Source of the DNA: Microcoleus sp.
Lineage (GTDB): Bacteria > Cyanobacteriota > Cyanobacteriia > Cyanobacteriales > Microcoleaceae
Reading direction: 5' to 3'
DNA: 64,000 nt
Assembly: GCA_042408215.1 (NCBI GenBank)
Contig: JAYFMW010000030.1
Location: 320,001-384,000, forward strand
Position numbers and translations under genes: made by a program
Part shown: positions 63,027-64,000 of the stretch, piece by piece
Layout of the letters: the number at the start of each line of letters is the position of its first letter
Numbering within the stretch: the first letter of the stretch is position 1
The notes under the pieces: model-generated
What the model was told of the DNA's origin: nothing
The model's input: the letters and a program-made list of their open reading frames with translations, nothing else
The model's database searches: none

Positions 63027-64000
63027 ATGGCAATTTTACACGGTAGCTGGTTACTCGATACAGAAGACAAAGGCTTATTTATTTGGGGGGAAACTTGGCG
63101 GAAAATTGGGGCGATCGATACCATAGAATCGGGGATGAATCTTCGCCTTCCCTTGGCAATGACCGAAGCTGAGTTAAAGACTTTCCTAACTTCCTTGCAG
63201 CAGTCGGGTAAACTGAATTGGCTGTTCCCCGAAACCGCCGAAACACCACAGGAACAAGGCAAAAAAATTAGGCGATCGGCAAAAAATCACAAGCCAGAAG
63301 TTACAGCGGAAAACTCATCAATTCGCAGGGAAATTCGGGCGATCGCACTTCCTACCCAAATCTCCGAATCTAACATAAATCTGGTGATGCCGCAGCACTC
63401 AGCAGCAGCACTTTCATCACCTGCAAAAATCGAAGAGATTTACCTTTATCCCTGGCAAGTTGAGGGTTTTTGTCTCAATCCTCAAGCAGCTTTTATTTTC
63501 TTGCAAGCACTGCCGCTTAACAGCACAGAAGCTGACTTTTTTGTCGGTTCTGATTTGCGTTTTTGGTCTTATATTGCTAGGTGGAGTTTAGATTTGTTGG
63601 CGAGATGCAAATTTTTACCAGCATTAGAAATACAGTCTGACGGTTCGGCTATTGCTAAATGGCAGCCTCTGTTAGATAGTTCTACAGATCAACTCCGACT
63701 CGCTACTTTTAGCAAGCAAATGCCGACGGCTTGTCGAACATATCAAGGGCAGGAAGAAGGAAATTCGGCAGCGGATTTAGTAACGGATTTAACGGATGCA
63801 AGACGAGGAAATTCGGCAGCGAGCAAGGTACGGGATATGGCGGTGGATTTGCCGGTGGGGGCCCAGGAGTTGGTGTTGGGATTTTTGAGCAGTGTTGTAG
63901 ACAGTCAAGTGCGATCGGCTATTAGTTCAAATCTTGGCTCAACATTAGAAATCAAAACAGTTTCTCCTACCCGCGAATGGCTGCAATCTTTGCAGCAGGA
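63027..64000 (+). CDS. SNF2-family helicase N-terminus (runs off window; absent from ORF track)
   Basis: MAILHGSW...LFIWGETWR...YLYPWQVEG...GSDLRFWSYIARWSLDLLARCKFLP, open to the window end. Confidence 0.8.
   Translation, partial: MAILHGSWLLDTEDKGLFIWGETWRKIGAIDTIESGMNLRLPLAMTEAELKTFLTSLQQSGKLNWLFPETAETPQEQGKKIRRSAKNHKPEVTAENSSIRREIRAIALPTQISESNINLVMPQHSAAALSSPAKIEEIYLYPWQVEGFCLNPQAAFIFLQALPLNSTEADFFVGSDLRFWSYIARWSLDLLARCKFLPALEIQSDGSAIAKWQPLLDSSTDQLRLATFSKQMPTACRTYQGQEEGNSAADLVTDLTDARRGNSAASKVRDMAVDLPVGAQELVLGFLSSVVDSQVRSAISSNLGSTLEIKTVSPTREWLQSLQQ

Overview
Chromosomal window from a filamentous cyanobacterium (Oscillatoriales-like, inferred from dense HIP1 GCGATCGC sites, STRR heptamer arrays and gene content). 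Ordinary genes include a Hik2-like kinase, a NupC transporter, GT39 and GT2-GtrA glycosyltransferases, cofH, dapL, ccsB, tilS, pnp and the start of an SNF2 helicase. These surround an hmp/pil-chp motility locus (hmpF divergent from hmpA, hmpC, hmpD, hmpE) whose intergenic spaces are filled with mobile DNA. The most notable structure is a three-level nest with base-resolved junctions: a complete group II intron (34040-36487) inside the tnpB of an IS607 element (32968-37346), which is itself inserted in codon 7 of a different, decayed tnpB. Splicing restores a 373-aa TnpB with intact RuvC residues, and its predicted guide is the coding sequence of the outer tnpB family. Between hmpA and hmpC lie an IS5, a probable relic of a second, ORF-less group II intron, an IS200/IS605 element and a divergent decayed TnpB followed by a structured non-coding tail; no hmpB/pilH CheY gene is visible. 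A tandem-HNH endonuclease gene, clipped by a tnpB-only IS, lies between hmpD and hmpE. Several MITE/REP families occur, some nested and some inserted in frame in proteins. There is also a 153-bp REP-doublet tandem array, a Pepco + caspase-HTH-FGE pair and two tandem pentapeptide-RidA fusions. No CRISPR array, tRNA or rRNA was found. All calls come from reading the sequence; no database searches were run.
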